In this document: positions 29,036 through 43,078 of the stretch, piece by piece
Numbering within the stretch: position 1 is the first letter of the stretch
Layout: every line of letters begins with the position of its first letter
Source of the DNA: Eledone cirrhosa
Taxonomy: Eukaryota
DNA: 64,000 nucleotides
NCBI GenBank assembly: GCA_964016885.1
Contig: OZ024740.1
Coordinates: 402,566,001 to 402,630,000, forward strand
Direction: 5' to 3'
Position numbers and translations under genes: made by a program
The notes under the pieces: model-generated
Databases searched by the model: none
What the model was told of the DNA's origin: nothing
What the model saw: only the letters and a program-made list of their open reading frames with translations

Positions 29036-29040
<5 letters not shown>
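28361..29040 (+). mobile_element. non-coding hammerhead-bearing repeat (~430-bp unit) with an inverted 5' segment
   Basis: aaacaaaccgaacattataataaat occurs at ~28493 and ~28923. 28361-28490 is inverted relative to 28560-28685. A second copy lies at 54706-55022. Confidence 0.75.
28804..28846 (+). ncRNA. minimal type I hammerhead ribozyme
   Basis: acgatg CTGACGA t agct aata agct t GAAA ctag TT catcgt. Palindromic AACTAGTT. Confidence 0.85.
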
Positions 29041-29106
<66 letters not shown>

Positions 29107-29107
29107 G

Positions 29108-29313
<206 letters not shown>

Positions 29314-30471
29314 TATATATATACATAGAAATTCATGTGTGTGTGTGCTTTTGTGTATATTTGTGTGTGTGTGTGTATGTGTGTGTGTGTGTGGCGACAG
29401 CTGTTAAACTGCCGTCTAAGACATGCCTAATTAGTAGGAATATTAATTAATTATGTAGCAAGTGTTTCGATAGCCTAATGAATAATTTGGACAGTAATCG
29501 TGTAATGTGGTGAAATATGGTTATGGTTCGTCAAAGACTGAAAATAATTGACAGCTAATCTACAGAACGAAATGACAGAGACAAGAATAAGGTGCGAACA
29601 GCGGCAAACGAACGGCTATTCTATTACGAAACTCTTGATAACGCCCTAGTATACCGATGGTGGACAGGAAGATCGTTCACACTGTGACCTCCGACAAAAT
29701 GTTTGAGGGGAAAGGATGTGCTAACTATCCTGTGTTTGACAGAGCGTGCAGCAGAACTATGGACATTAATACACCGTCCTGTGTGTTTCGAGAAGAATAG
29801 AACATTCGAAATAATAGTAATGAACTCCCGGCGGGAATTAACGAGGAAGACAACTGGAAAATGAAACGAAAGAGAGGATAAAATAGCTGAAGAGTATACA
29901 CACCTTTGTTTTCCTTTAGCTCCACTGTATGTTTCTGTTTATCTCCCTGTAATTATTTCTATGATTATTTTCATTTTCATTTTTCTCCCTGTCTTGCATT
30001 CCTTCTTCATATTCTTTTTTCATTAATCTTTTCTTTCAATTTTTTTCTTTCTTAGGTCTGTTTCTTTATAAATTTTTTTATTTGATTTTAAATTCATTTC
30101 ATTCAGTTCCGTCGTTTACGGTCTGGTATTGGTTATTGTTGTTATTGTGATTTATCTAGAATCTAGCTAAATTTTCTAGAAGAATCTAGAATCTAGATAT
30201 AGATTTCACTTAGGTGACTCAGGCGAGCCATTCAGAAAGTTTCGTGGGCCGCAGTTTGCCCGTGACTGATCTAGATCATGAAAAAAGCAGACACAAAGGC
30301 ATGTTCGACTAAATGCCTTGCTATGTTCCATACATGTCTTGACTTCAGACCCACATGTGCGAATTCTTCTGAAACGCTATACGTACCAGTTGTTCCAGTA
30401 TTTGCATGGATTTACTTTAGGTGCCCATAATGATTACACGTAAGAAACAGCACTTCAAAGCACACACACAC

Positions 30472-30529
<58 letters not shown>

Positions 30530-30535
<6 letters not shown>

Positions 30536-31200
30536 AAAGAGGTTGTGGTAGGACACCAGGTGGACCATAACGTACCAGAGTACTCAATATTTAGGGTAGT
30601 AGAGTGGGTAATAAGAAAAGAGTCAGACCTCCGACGGCTGAGCTCCGGCCGTTTCCACAGCTAGATCTGAACTAACCCATCAGATACTGGTGGCTTAGTT
30701 CGGATCCCAGGGGATTATTTAAAAGGTCGAAGAAAATAAATTAAATTAATCTGATCTAGTCAATAATTCAGAACAAATTTTGCTTCATGAGGACAGCGGC
30801 TGAAGTAGTCGAGACACGTATTCAAAGAGCGTTTCCTTGAAGCCAATTGTGAGAGCATTCCACTTCTTCGATTTACACAGCAAAATGTTGCCCCATTTAC
30901 GTAGGTGGTAGTTGTTTCCAATAACCTCCATTTAATGGAGAAGGCTGTGTCGATAATTTTTAAGTTCCACATATAGTTTGCAAGTGTTTTTGTCAGGATA
31001 TCAGAAGTTTGTTTCGTGGTTCAGGAAATGGATTTCGAAAAAACTCTTATATATTACTACATATGTCAAGGTTTCAGTTTGGTGGTTCTGGTTGATGGAA
31101 GTCACTTCTGCTTCATATGTCAATGTTGTGGTGTTGCGCCGTTGATCGATGGAGCATGCTTCTCACCTTCTGCAAGAAGATTCATGAGCTTTAAGGTGTT
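30530..31200 (-). mobile_element. decayed PLE fragment (Naiad-type GIY-YIG plus 3' UTR)
   Basis: TYEAEVTS...TYV, KTLANYMWNLK, FSIKWRLL, LNTCLDYFSRCPHEAKF. Part of the 3' UTR recurs inverted at ~44320-44372. Confidence 0.7.
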
Positions 31201-32015
31201 GGGGGTAAGGTATTTGACCACTGGTCTACCATTACACTAACACGTCACCCATCCGTTTCCATTCAAATAAGAAGCTATATATTCATAGCAAGTATAACCA
31301 CAATTAAGAATGTTTTGAATCAGAGGGCGAGTTTGAAATAGAAAATACAATGTTTCGCCGTATCTTTGACTAAGAAATGGAAAACGGCATGTACGTCAAT
31401 ACTCATCTCTTTCCATTTCTTAAAGGGTTCTAAACCCCAATATCAGGTTAAAATTTCTTTAGTCAAAAATACGGCGAAGGATTCTGTTTTCTATTTCAAA
31501 CTCGCTGGCTGTTTCAAAACAAATTCCCTTGTTATTGAATATTGTTCGTTTATATGTATTTATGGAAATTTAACCTAATACATCATTATTTACATTCTAG
31601 TCTAGTGATAAGACTTCAAAATAACGGAAAACTTGATCAGCCTCGCTTTGATGCAACTGTTAGTATAGCCATCCGGCATAAGATAGATATGAGTTCGCGT
31701 TCCATGCTAAGTTGTAAACTTTTGTTTCCCTCCAATGGTTTTTATGCCTATTTGTTAGACTAGATTTCATAGTAAAAAATATAGGTGCGCCGATGTTTCT
31801 ACCTCTAGGTTTCGTGCAAGCATTCAAGGTCCCGCAAAACTCGACAGAGACGTAGAGACACCGTATTTGCATACGGCGTTTCTAGGGCATTTTAAAAGGT
31901 GGAGGAGCCCATCCCTTTCCATGTCTGTATAGAGCATATTTCTTCGCCGCCTAACCCTAGGATAACTTTCAATAATTACATATCTGCTCGACTTTTCTAA
32001 ATATATATATATCAC

Positions 32016-32071
<56 letters not shown>

Positions 32072-32449
32072 TTCGCCTTTTTTCTCTCTCTCGTCTACGA
32101 TTTCACAGAACTTATGTTCACCGAATTCACGGACTAGACTCCTTCTTCCTCCCGTTAGACCTGTGCGGAATTCCTTCCTTGCTCACATTTCAACCAGGTT
32201 TGATGGTCTGTATTGTCTCTCGTTCACGATTTCACCGAACTTATATTCATGGAAATTTGGGACTTGACTCGTTCTTCCTCACTTTTCGTTGCTTCACCAT
32301 TTTGTTTGTTTACACTCTCGCTGTTCCCTTTATTTACGTGTCCCAACGACTTTCTTTAGCCGTTGCTCGCACCGACCAGGAGGTATATGGTCTTTAAAGC
32401 GAAGAAATAGCGATGATGGCTGGAAGATCACTGATGAAGGACCACTTTA

Positions 32450-32506
<57 letters not shown>

Positions 32507-32511
<5 letters not shown>

Positions 32512-32892
32512 AGAAAAAAACAGAATCAGTTTGGCGACGAATGGAATTTATTGGACATATTACAATCGTTTCTCTGGCGACGAGCTCGAGGAACGATCGA
32601 TGTGATGATCGAACCTGACTCTGAAAATCGCAAGGTCCTCAGATACGTCTTAATTCTACGAAGCAGATGTTCCTATGTCTTTTACATCGATATCCTAAGA
32701 CGAAGGATATCGATGTAAAAGGACATAGGAAATTCTGCTTCGTAGAATGAACGTATCTGAGGACCTTGCGATTTTCAGAGTCAGGTTCGATCATCACATC
32801 GATCGTGCCTCGAGCTGATCGCCAGAGAAACGATTGTAATATGTCCAATAAATTCCATTCGTCATAATACTGATTCTCTTTTTTTCTGTGAT
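32507..32892. repeat. ~190-bp-arm imperfect palindrome
   Basis: Arms 32507-32696 and 32704-32892 around a 7-nt loop (aagacga). Confidence 0.9.
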
Positions 32893-32966
32893 TACATACT
32901 CTGCTCTATGAGATCATCGAGTGCTCAAACGGCCTACCGCATACGGACGCTTTATGCATCAAAAAC

Positions 32967-32998
<32 letters not shown>

Positions 32999-33003
<5 letters not shown>

Positions 33004-33150
33004 ATAATAATAAATGTGAAGACTAAAATCCAAAGGCGGCTCGATAAGGATAAATATATATAAAATATAAGAGAAGCCTAGAGCAAATATTTATTAAGAT
33101 AACAGATTAAAGTTTAAGCAAAGAATCGCTGCTTTCACCCTTAACGGGAT
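32999..33150 (-). repeat. fragment of the Naiad-type PLE 5' region
   Basis: Near-identical to ~26831-26982; truncated inside the hammerhead. Confidence 0.8.
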
Positions 33151-34849
33151 AAGAGGCGATTTTTTCATAAACTTTAATCTGTTATTTTGATAAATATATA
33201 TATGATATATATTTCGAAGATGCAAAGTTTTATGTATAACATAAAGCAAAACATGTTCTCCTCAGACAATATATATAAAAAATATAATGTATAATGTTTT
33301 TCTTGATATGCTGATAGACAAACGAACTGGGCAGATCGATGACCACCAGGCACCATATATATATATTATGTGTGGGGGGGGGGGAGTGTATGTGCGTATG
33401 TGCGTGTGTACATATATATATATACAGTTACTGGTTTGAACCTGACTGACTTATCCACGCTGCCGTGACACCGTGATGTTTATTCCAGCCTTATAGTCTG
33501 TTTAAATATATATGTATATATATATATAACTTTTAAATATTTCTACAAATCTTATTCAAGAATCAAATATTTCTATAAATCTTATTCAAGAATCAAATCA
33601 AAATACACCTTGTTATATGTTTCTGGAAATAATTTTTTAGTTTATATGGCAAATGTTATAATGCAATGAAATATATAGAATTTAAAACAATGTTGTGGAT
33701 ATTCTTTAATTTTACTGCTATACTTAAATTAATATCCTCGTTCGTATACTTTTATTCTATTATATATTTAAATATTCTGTTAATTTAATGAAAAAACATT
33801 TTTACTTTTACCAATACCTGCAATACCTATTGAATAAATATATTCTGCCAAAATTAATGTCATTTGCTCAACTTGGAGTCAGGTGGCATTATGTTTCTTA
33901 AAACTATTCTTACTTCTCTCCCAATGCAATGTACCCCAAAAAGATTCGGGAATGATTTAGGTATCTTGTTAACATCGTAAGTATTCGGGAACATTTAAGA
34001 TATTTTTCTCTCGATATGATCAAGATGAAAACGGCTGCTATTCTGTTCAATTAGTTAGCTATACATAACTCAGGATTTAGCTATATACGGGGAACTAGAT
34101 AGGATTCCAAAATCTATAGAAATATTGTCGTTTTTATATTCTGAAATCTAAGATATATTGTCCCTTTTATATAGGTTCTGAGATGAAATCCCATCAATGT
34201 CAAATTCGTTTTTATTCCTTTCTGGTTTTATAAAATAAAATGGTATTCAGCTATTGAGCTTGATTCAATTGACTATTCCTGGCCCCAAATATATGACCGT
34301 GTGGCAATATTAGTAAGAGTCGGTAAAATAATAACATTTAATTATTTTATGATTGTTATTTGTTTAAATTTGCAAGAATTCATCTGTATATTATTGTGAG
34401 TAAAATTTGAAAGAAATATTTTTTTCATTGTCCGATTTTCTTTTTGTGCCCACTTTATATTCCTCAAAATACATATCTATGAGGTTTTAATGCAGTATAT
34501 TGCTTGTCAATGTCAAAATATGAATCCTGTGCGCTAAAGATGCAATAAAAAGGGAAAATAAGGAAAATAAAGGAAACACATAAAACGCTATCTCAGGCAT
34601 TATGCCGTAACTGAACACCAGCAAAACTTTCATAGATCATTGCTACTTAAAACAACACATTTTAGGAAAGACTGCTAATAATTTGCTAATTGGTGGTGGA
34701 GAAGCCAGATGTAGCGATAAACGAATGAAACAACTACAGATTATCTGGAAGGTGTGAACAAGCAAGTGTTAACTGGTCAAAGTAACTTCTATTCACTAAA
34801 CAGCAATTCATTTATGTGCCAAGGTTTAATTCGTGTTATGTATTTTGTA

Positions 34850-35010
34850 AGGCGTTGAAATGGTAGAGTTATTAAAACGTCAGATAGAATGCTTTGTGTT
34901 ATTTGTACCGGCTATCTGCGCTCTGAGTCCAAGTTCCCATCGCGATCAACCTTACCTTTCATTCTTTCAACGTCGATAAAAAATTCTAGTCCACTAATGG
35001 TGTCGATTTG
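34850..35010 (+). mobile_element. diverged tRNA-derived SINE
   Basis: ctctgagtccaagttccc...ccttacctttcattctttcaacgtcgataaaaaa matches the reverse complement of the SINE at 42908. Confidence 0.55.
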
Positions 35011-35389
35011 TTTTATTTGTCTTTTTCTCCCTTCATCTCACTTATCCACTCTCATTCTCTGACTAAATCATCAGTGTCCAGACCTAGAGAGAGATGGATT
35101 CCTTTAGGTTTAAAATACCCAATGTAACTAAAACGCAATCAAGTCTTATAGATCCATACATGCATATGCATTGTATGGTGCAGCAATTTTATAAGTTACA
35201 GTACAATGAAATGGATTTATTATCATATGCCTCAAGTCTACACAACTGCTAATTTAGTGCTTCGATAATTTCCAATAATTCTGTTACGTGTTAATTACTT
35301 TTGCTGTTTGTTATGATGATGATGATGATGATGACGACGACGATGAGAATGTGGATGATGATGACGATGATGATGATGATGATGACGAC

Positions 35390-35421
<32 letters not shown>

Positions 35422-36551
35422 GGAGGAGGAGGAGGAGGAGGAGAGGGGGAGATAATTTTGGTGGTGGTAGTGATGTTGTTCGTTGTAGTGGACGCGGTGG
35501 GGCGGTTCTAATAAAGGCACTGATGATGATGACGATGATGATTTTCTATCATTTTAATATTGTTACTGAAGGTTGCTATAGTTAATACTTTCTCAGTTTT
35601 TAGAGATAGAAATATATTAACAGTTTCCTGTAAGATATTATTGCTATTAACTCTTTTCTCATAATTACCACCTTTCAAAATATTTGTTTGTTTTATGGGA
35701 TCTATAAACAGATTACTATTAATATTTCCACACTGTAGGGTGTTAAATTAGGACTTTGGAGTTGATATAGGGAATAAAATCCCAAATCAGATGTATCACA
35801 TTATCTATTCCCGTGATTCGTTTTTGTAAAATTACATTCGGGTCTGCTTGACTTTTAGCTGAAATGATTGAAAACCTTCATTCATCATTCTCTCTTATTC
35901 CAGCGAAATTCTTTGTTTCTTTTGCTTTAGTGTTGTTTTTTTTCATCATATGTGAGCTATCGAGGATATATCAAGGGGTGCAATTAAAAGTAAAGCTTAA
36001 TAAGAGGAGCAAGACTCGGACAAACCAAGAAGACTTGTATACAGTATCACAACAGAGCTCGTTATACATTTAATCGATTTCGCCATTCTACAGCTCGAAG
36101 TCGAAATTCAAATATAATGAAACGCCCGCGAAAGAGGTTACATGTGTGTGGTTGAGTGATCTGCTAAGATTAACAACCAAATCTCCTTTAAATAACTCCA
36201 AACTAACTTAAAAGGAAGAACATATTGCACAACCACGTCCTTTATATACAAAAAGAAAGAAAATAAATTAATAAAAAAGAGAATGGTCACAACTGAAATA
36301 CGTTTGGTCATAAGTCTACTTGAAAATAGTTAACACGGGACTGAATACAAGTGTAATACAAACTAAGTGTAATAATATTGTACTTTTAATTCATTATGAC
36401 AAAGCAAAATTGGCTTCATCTGTTAACCATTGTTTATATTCCATGGCATTAATGTTATTGTTGTTTGGCCCCATATTGACCCATATCGATGTAATCAATG
36501 ATATAATTGTGAAAAACCCATTTGTTTATAATATCATATATATCCTCCATG

Positions 36552-36762
36552 TTTAACCATTTAACATTTGCATTACTTAATATTTACTATTGTATTCTCA
36601 CGGTAATTATCTCACGTAATATCGAATATATGAGATTTTGATGTCATTTATTTTGAGAACAATACCTTAAAGTAGGTACGAGTAGCGAGTTACAGCCAGT
36701 TTGAACAGAAATTGGTGAGAGAGTTCTTATCGTATATGGCCGGTTTAAATGCTAAAGAGTTA
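36552..36762. mobile_element. TTAA-bounded MITE
   Basis: TTAAccatttaacattt ... aaatgctaaagagTTAA terminal inverted repeat; body homologous to 6583-6787. Confidence 0.65.
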
Positions 36763-37076
36763 AAGTGTGATTTAAAGGAAGTTCTCTTGTTGTATCTAGG
36801 AGTTCGAGCGAACATGCAGAGATTTTCTCAGTGATTTGTAAAACATATCACTGTTATGTAGAGTTTTATTGAATTGTTTTATATTTTCACGAACTCTACT
36901 AAAAGACACGTTTACTTTTTATTTATTTAATGATTTCGGAATACTAAATTTTAAAATAACCTCGGTTTTCGCCAACCACTCTAGGTATTTGTTCTACGAC
37001 ATAGAAATCTACGAGGGTCGGATTCAGTATTAATGATATATCTTCAATTTTTCTTTTAATAATTCAATTACTGTTA

Positions 37077-37533
37077 TCTATATATATAAAACAGATGATG
37101 TCTGACTGTCTGTCTGACTATCTGTCCATGTGTGTGTATTTGTGTGTCTGTCTGTGTAAATCCCTAAAACTCGAGAAGTACCCGACCGATTTTTATCAAA
37201 CTTTACACATCCGTTACTTATATTTCTTGAAGGCAAAACGATGGCCACTGACGTCGTCTGAGCTTTTAGTTGTGTATTTGAGAATTCATCGGTTTCCAAT
37301 CAAGTAGCGTGAGGAAATTTGGCTTAGTGTTAGAAGTCATTACCTCTCTCTCCCAGCATGCCCCTTCGTCAGTCACCCGCGTTTCTCAGTGATAGAGGTC
37401 ATCACCACCCTCCCCCGCATGGCCTGTATGTGGCCATAGATGAGTCATCGAGAAGCAGTCGCTAAGATCAACACCTTTTCATCAAAGCAGATATTATTTT
37501 ACCTACCCAGGCAACGCTGGGTACTGCTGCTAG
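37077..37533 (+). mobile_element. non-autonomous Helitron
   Basis: Starts A|TCTATATATATAAAA, followed by a (GTCT)n-like tract. Ends with hairpin acccag-gcaacg-ctgggt, then CTAG|T. Confidence 0.8.
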
Positions 37534-37590
37534 TAGACACATAAAAACGTTCTGTGCTTACTTTAATAATATGTTGAGATTTATTAGTTT

Positions 37591-39270
37591 TTGTGTATCC
37601 TCCTTATTGACAAAGTATTAGTACACAGGTACAAGGAACATGGATAGTTGTGTATCCTCCTTATTGACCAAGTATTAGTACACAGGTACAAGGAACATGG
37701 ATAGTTGTGTATCCTCCTTATTGACCAAGTATTAGTACACAGGTACAAGGAACATGGATAGTTGTGTATCCTCCTTATTGACCAAGTATTAATACACAGG
37801 TACAAGGAACATGGATAGTTGTGTATCCTCCTTATTGACCAAGTATTAGTACACAGATACAAGGAACATGGATAGTTGTGTATCCTCCTTATTGACCAAG
37901 TATTAGTACACAGGTACAAGGAACATGGATAGTTGTGTATCCTCCTTATTGACCAAGTATTAGTACACAGGTACAAGGAACATGGATAGTTGTGTATCCT
38001 CCTTATTGACCAAGTATTAGTACACAGGTACAAGGAACATGGATAGTTGTGTATCCTCCTTATTGACCAAGTATTAGTAGACAGGTACAAGGAACATGGA
38101 TAGTTGTGTATCCTCCTTATTGACCAAGTATTAGTACACAGGTACAAGGAACATGGATAGTTGTGTATCCTCCTTATTGACCAAGTATTAGTACACAGGT
38201 ACAAGGAACATGGATAGTTGTGTATCCTCCTTATTGACCAAGTATTAATACACAGGTACAAGGAACATGGATAGTTGTGTATCCTCCTTATTGACCAAGT
38301 ATTAGTACACAGATACAAGGAACATGGATAGTTGTGTATCCTCCTTATTGACCAAGTATTAGAACACAGGTACAAGGAACATGGATAGTTGTGTATCCTC
38401 CTTATTGACCAAGTATTAGTACACAGGTACAAGGAACATGTATAGTTGTGTATCCTCCTTATTGACCAAGTATTAGAAGACAGGTACAAGGAACATGGAT
38501 AGTTGTGTATCCTCCTTATTGACCAAGTATTAGTACACAGGTACAAGGAACATGGATAGTTGTGTATCCTCCTTATTGACCAAGTATTAGTACACAGGTA
38601 CAAGGAACATGGATAGTTGTGTATCCTCCTTATTGACCAAGTATTAGTACACGGATACAAGGAACATGGATAGTTGTGTATCCTCCTTATTGACCAAGTA
38701 TTAGTACACAGGTACAAGGAACATGGATAGTTGTGTATCCTCCTTATTGACCAAGTATTAGTACACAGGTACACGGAACATGGATAGTTGTGTATCCTCC
38801 TTATTGACCAAGTATTAGTACACAGGTGCACGGAACATGGATAGTTGTGTATCCTCCTTATTGACCAAGTATTAGTACACAGGTACAAGGAACATGGATA
38901 GTTGTGTATCCTCCTTATTGACCAAGTATTAGTACACAGGTACAAGGAACATGGATAGTTGTGTATCCTCCTTATTGACCAAGTATTAGTACACAGGTAC
39001 ACGGAACATGGATAGTTGTGTATCCTCCTTATTGACCAAGTATTAGTACACAGGTACAAGGAACATGGATAGTTGTGTATCCTCCTTATTGACCAAGTAT
39101 TAGTACACAGGTACACGGAACATGGATAGTTGTGTATCCTCCTTATTGACCAAGTATTAGTACACAGGTACAAGGAACATGGATAGTTGTGTATCCTCCT
39201 TATTGACCAAATATTAGTACACAGGTACACGGAACATGGATAGTTGTGTATCCTCCTTATTGACCAAGTA
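37591..39270 (+). repeat. 57-bp tandem satellite, ~29.5 copies
   Basis: Unit gtacacaggtacaaggaacatggatagttgtgtatcctccttattgaccaagtatta, with very few variants. Confidence 0.97.
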
Positions 39271-39516
39271 AAACTTTAACTACTTTTAGACTCACACAAA
39301 TAACCTAATAATTGTTTCTACATTTGGCACAACCCAGTACATTACTGGTACTTTATTGTATCGACCCCGTAAGGATGAAAGGTAAAGTTAACCTTTCATC
39401 CTTACGGGGTCGATACAATAAAGTACCAGTAATGTACTGAGGTAATCGCTGGTCTTGTGCCAAATGTAGAAACAATTGTAAGGTTATTTGTGCGAGTCTA
39501 AAAGTAGTTAAAGTTT
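39271..39516. repeat. palindromic spacer made of two head-to-head partial SINE copies
   Basis: Axis at gatgaaaggt-aaagtta-acctttcatc (~39386). Confidence 0.9.
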
Positions 39517-39972
39517 TACTTGGTCAATAAGGAGGATACACAACTATCCATGTTCCTTGTACCTGTGTACTAATACTTGGTCAATAAGGAGGATACACAA
39601 CTATCTATGTTCCTTGTACCTGTGTACTAATACTTGGTCAATAAGGAGGATACACAACTATCCATGTTCCTTGTACCTGTGTACTAATACTTGGTCAATA
39701 AGGAGGATACATAACTATCCATGTTCCCTGTACCTGTGTACTAATACTTGGTCAATAAGGAGGATACACAACTATCCATGTTCCTTGTACCTGTGTACTA
39801 ATATTTGATCAATAAGGAGGATACACAACTATCCATGTTCCTTGTACCTGTGTACTAATACTCGGTCAATAAGGAGGATACACAACTATCCATGTTCCTT
39901 GTACCTGTGTACTAATTATTGGTCAATAAGGAGGATACACAACTATCCATGTTCCTTGTACCTGTGTACTAA
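39517..39972 (-). repeat. 57-bp satellite, 8 copies, inverted
   Basis: Reverse complement of the 37591-39270 unit. Confidence 0.97.
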
Positions 39973-39995
39973 CCATGCTAATGACAAGCATTAAA

Positions 39996-40860
39996 CACTG
40001 CAAAAGTTTAGAGTGAGAACATGCTGAAATTTTCGAGACTGAAATAAGATAAACCAACTAATAATAGATCATCACCCCCTCCCCTTCATATCTTACTGGG
40101 TCTAAGGAAGTCATTTCTTAAAGTTCTATGCATAGATGTAGATATGCATGGCATTTCTTGTCTGTGATATGAATAATACAAACCTGATGTTATATTGCAG
40201 GCTACAAATCAGAAACCTGATGAGAGAACTACTTTTCACAAGTAGTGTGAATGATGTGGAAAAGAACGCATGGAATTCTTTTGAATTTGTTTTTGCAATA
40301 TGAGCCTAAAGGTTAATTCTCTCGAAAGCAATTTTGACGAATTTCCAAATTATCTACATTAAGCAACTCATGAACATCGTGAGATACTTTAATTGGGATA
40401 TAAGTGCTATAGAAGTTCGGTTACTGGTATAATGACTGACTAGTATTGTGTATCTAAAGAAACTGGCGGTAAATGAAGTTCTCCTCGAAAGGATACAAAC
40501 ACAAAGTTGTTTAATGAAGGAAATCTAACCATAATATTATTTACTGACTTCCGTTATATAAAATCCTATGTATTTCAGCATAATGTTTATCCTGATATAT
40601 GTAAATTATCGAACGTATTGTATAATCTAGAGATTTATTCAAGTTGTTGAATTGGACTTAGGAAATGCGAAAACATCGTAAATGTGTATTTTTGACGGTA
40701 ATTATTCAAAAACGTGTGTATCTTATGGAAGAAAAAATTGACTTGGCGGGAAACTTCTACTGTAATTTGGGGATTCAGCGTCCCCAAATTAATCAAAAAC
40801 CAGTCCAGATATTTAGTAGACTTGATTTGAGTAGCAGGTGACTTGATCTGAGACTGTGTG
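39996..40860 (+). mobile_element. decayed DNA transposon relic (Chapaev3-like)
   Basis: ~40203-40355 translates QIRNLMRELLFTSSVNDVEKNAWNSF and CNMSLKVNSLESNFDEFPNYL, resembling the CNMSLKIHFLHSHLDFFPENL motif. Starts CACTG. Family assignment is from memory and boundaries are approximate. Confidence 0.5.
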
Positions 40861-42907
40861 TTGAAATTAAAGAAATGTATGCGTGCACAGTCATTTCAGC
40901 AATTCATATACACACAAAATTTACGTTCAACTTATATTTTTCATTTGTTTTTGTTTTTTTTTGTTTTTTTTTGTTTTTTGGGGGTTTTTTTTAATGCGTC
41001 AAAAAATTGAGTACCTCACCAGGTCGCAAACAGCGCGACGAACATTTAACATCAAGAATGAAACGATAAATTTAAGAGATGTGTGTTTTAAATCCCCTTC
41101 GATGTTGTAACTGCCAGGTTCAAATATATGTCCACAAAAATTGAGTTACCCACTGTAATTTATTTTCACTAGAAAAACATTAATATCAGAGTGTATATCT
41201 GAATTAATCTAGTATCAGCTTATTACTGGTAATTGCCAGAGAGATTATTGAATAAAATCTGTCCCAGCAGAATTACGGTATCAGGACGATAGGGAACATA
41301 TAAAAGAAGAGGAAAACAAAAATAAAGTTAGGTTGTGGGAGACAATGAAGCCTTGATTGACATTTTGACGGTTAGCAGCAGATATTTCGGTAACTTCAGA
41401 GGTGGCAGCAGATCAGGTGACAATTTGAATGATAGTTATTCACTGGCAAATAATTCTAAAACGATGAGGTTGATGAAAACGACAGCGCTGATGGTAACAC
41501 TGGCAATAATGGTAAAGATGTCGGTTATGGTGTTGATAATGTTTTATAGAAAGTGGGAGTGGAGAAATATCAAAAAATAAAAAAACAATAGATGTGTAAG
41601 AAGAAGAAGAAGAAGAAGAAGATTTAACGTAACATTTAAAGAAATATTGCAAGTTATATCAGTTATTACTTTGCAAAGAACTTCAGCAACCTGCAATGAT
41701 ATGACAAAACATGGAATGGAAACTGGTTTCATAGTAATGTAGCAGCAATCACTCATATCAGCAAGAATAAGATTTACCCCAATGTACCTGAAATTGAACT
41801 TATTTCGATAAGAAGCAAGATTGACACGAATCACCGAATATGAACTACCTCTGCAAAAATAATAATTTGGGGAGCTATTTGAATAAGCAGAAAGTGCTTA
41901 CGTTTTAGAGGCAGAATATAACAAGTCCCTGTTATTATTATGTTCTTCGGAGTATTAGCTGCGTAAATCAAATTGTTCAAACAGAGGTTTGAAACTTCAA
42001 GTATAGGCTGGCTTCATTTTCCATTCTAACACCAATAGTATTAATCACCATCTTTGTACATTCAAGTTATATATTTTATTCTCCTCAACAAAATATGAAA
42101 GGTAAAATCGAATTCTATTCATGGTGTAAATCAACTTGGAAACATAATGTAATGTAGTTAGCTTCCTGTTTTCATATCAGTACGATGTCTAAACGTAAAT
42201 AATAAACATTCTAACCACAACAACACTAGGATGTAAAAGTTAGGCAAAAATAATCATTACTGCCAATATAAGGCTTTATAAATTTGGCACACGGTCGGAC
42301 ATTTGTGTTCGGGGATCGATTATATCGACACAGTACATGATTGGTACTATATTTCACCAAACTCGAAAGGATGAAATTTTATCTCAGAGGTATTTGAAAT
42401 CAAAACGTTAAGAGCCGGAATATGACACAAACAAAATAAAGATGTTCTGTTGTTGACGCGTTGATGTGATATTGACTTACTTCAAATAGTATCTCTTGCA
42501 GGTTAACTTCAGTTATTGCTAGACGATTAACTATGGAAAGATTAATCTCTTTACACACTATGTTTAAGTAACACAGATAATAGAAAAGCTAAGTGATTTT
42601 CAAGGTATTGTTGAAATTAGTCATCATATATATAATGATTGGAACCAAAGACAGTTTAGAGTACACTGTCCACGGTATACTATTGGTAGAATAGGCGAGA
42701 ACATCTCTATGGGAAACTTCTCTGTCTATGTAATCTATACCTCTGTATGAGGCAATCAGTATACATACTGGCCCTCTGATTCATGAAAATTCAACCGGAA
42801 TGTATTTATATCGATGCGCCTTCACCAACACAACTGCAGCAAAAACACTGCTCATTCACCACCTTGAACCCATATATATATATACTGACACTGACTGGAT
42901 ATAAGAT

Positions 42908-43078
42908 AATTGTTTCTACTTTTGGCACAAGGCCAGCAATTACCCAGTGCATTACTGGTACTTTATTTTATCGACCCCGTAAGGATGAAAGGCAAAGTCA
43001 ACCTCGGCGGGATTTGAACTCAGAATGGCAAGGGCCGTAACTCTATGCGTCAAAGCATGGCGTCCGACCCTGCCAATC
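42908..43078 (-). mobile_element. tRNA-derived SINE (Meta-domain-like core)
   Basis: Minus strand B box GAGTTCAAATCC, then GCCTTTCATCCTTACGGGGTCGATAAAATAAAGTACCAG. Other copies at 39310, 50552, 55377, 57964 and a degenerate one near 42275. Confidence 0.8.

Noticed and set aside
31847-31926. Hammerhead-like three-stem fold on the minus strand
   Set aside because: Stems I-III pair, but CUGANGA is replaced by AAGGGAT.
37584-39230. 548-aa Cys/His-rich repeat ORF, or a CRISPR-like array
   Set aside because: It is the translation of a 57-bp satellite that happens to lack stops in one frame. There are no unique spacers and no cas genes.
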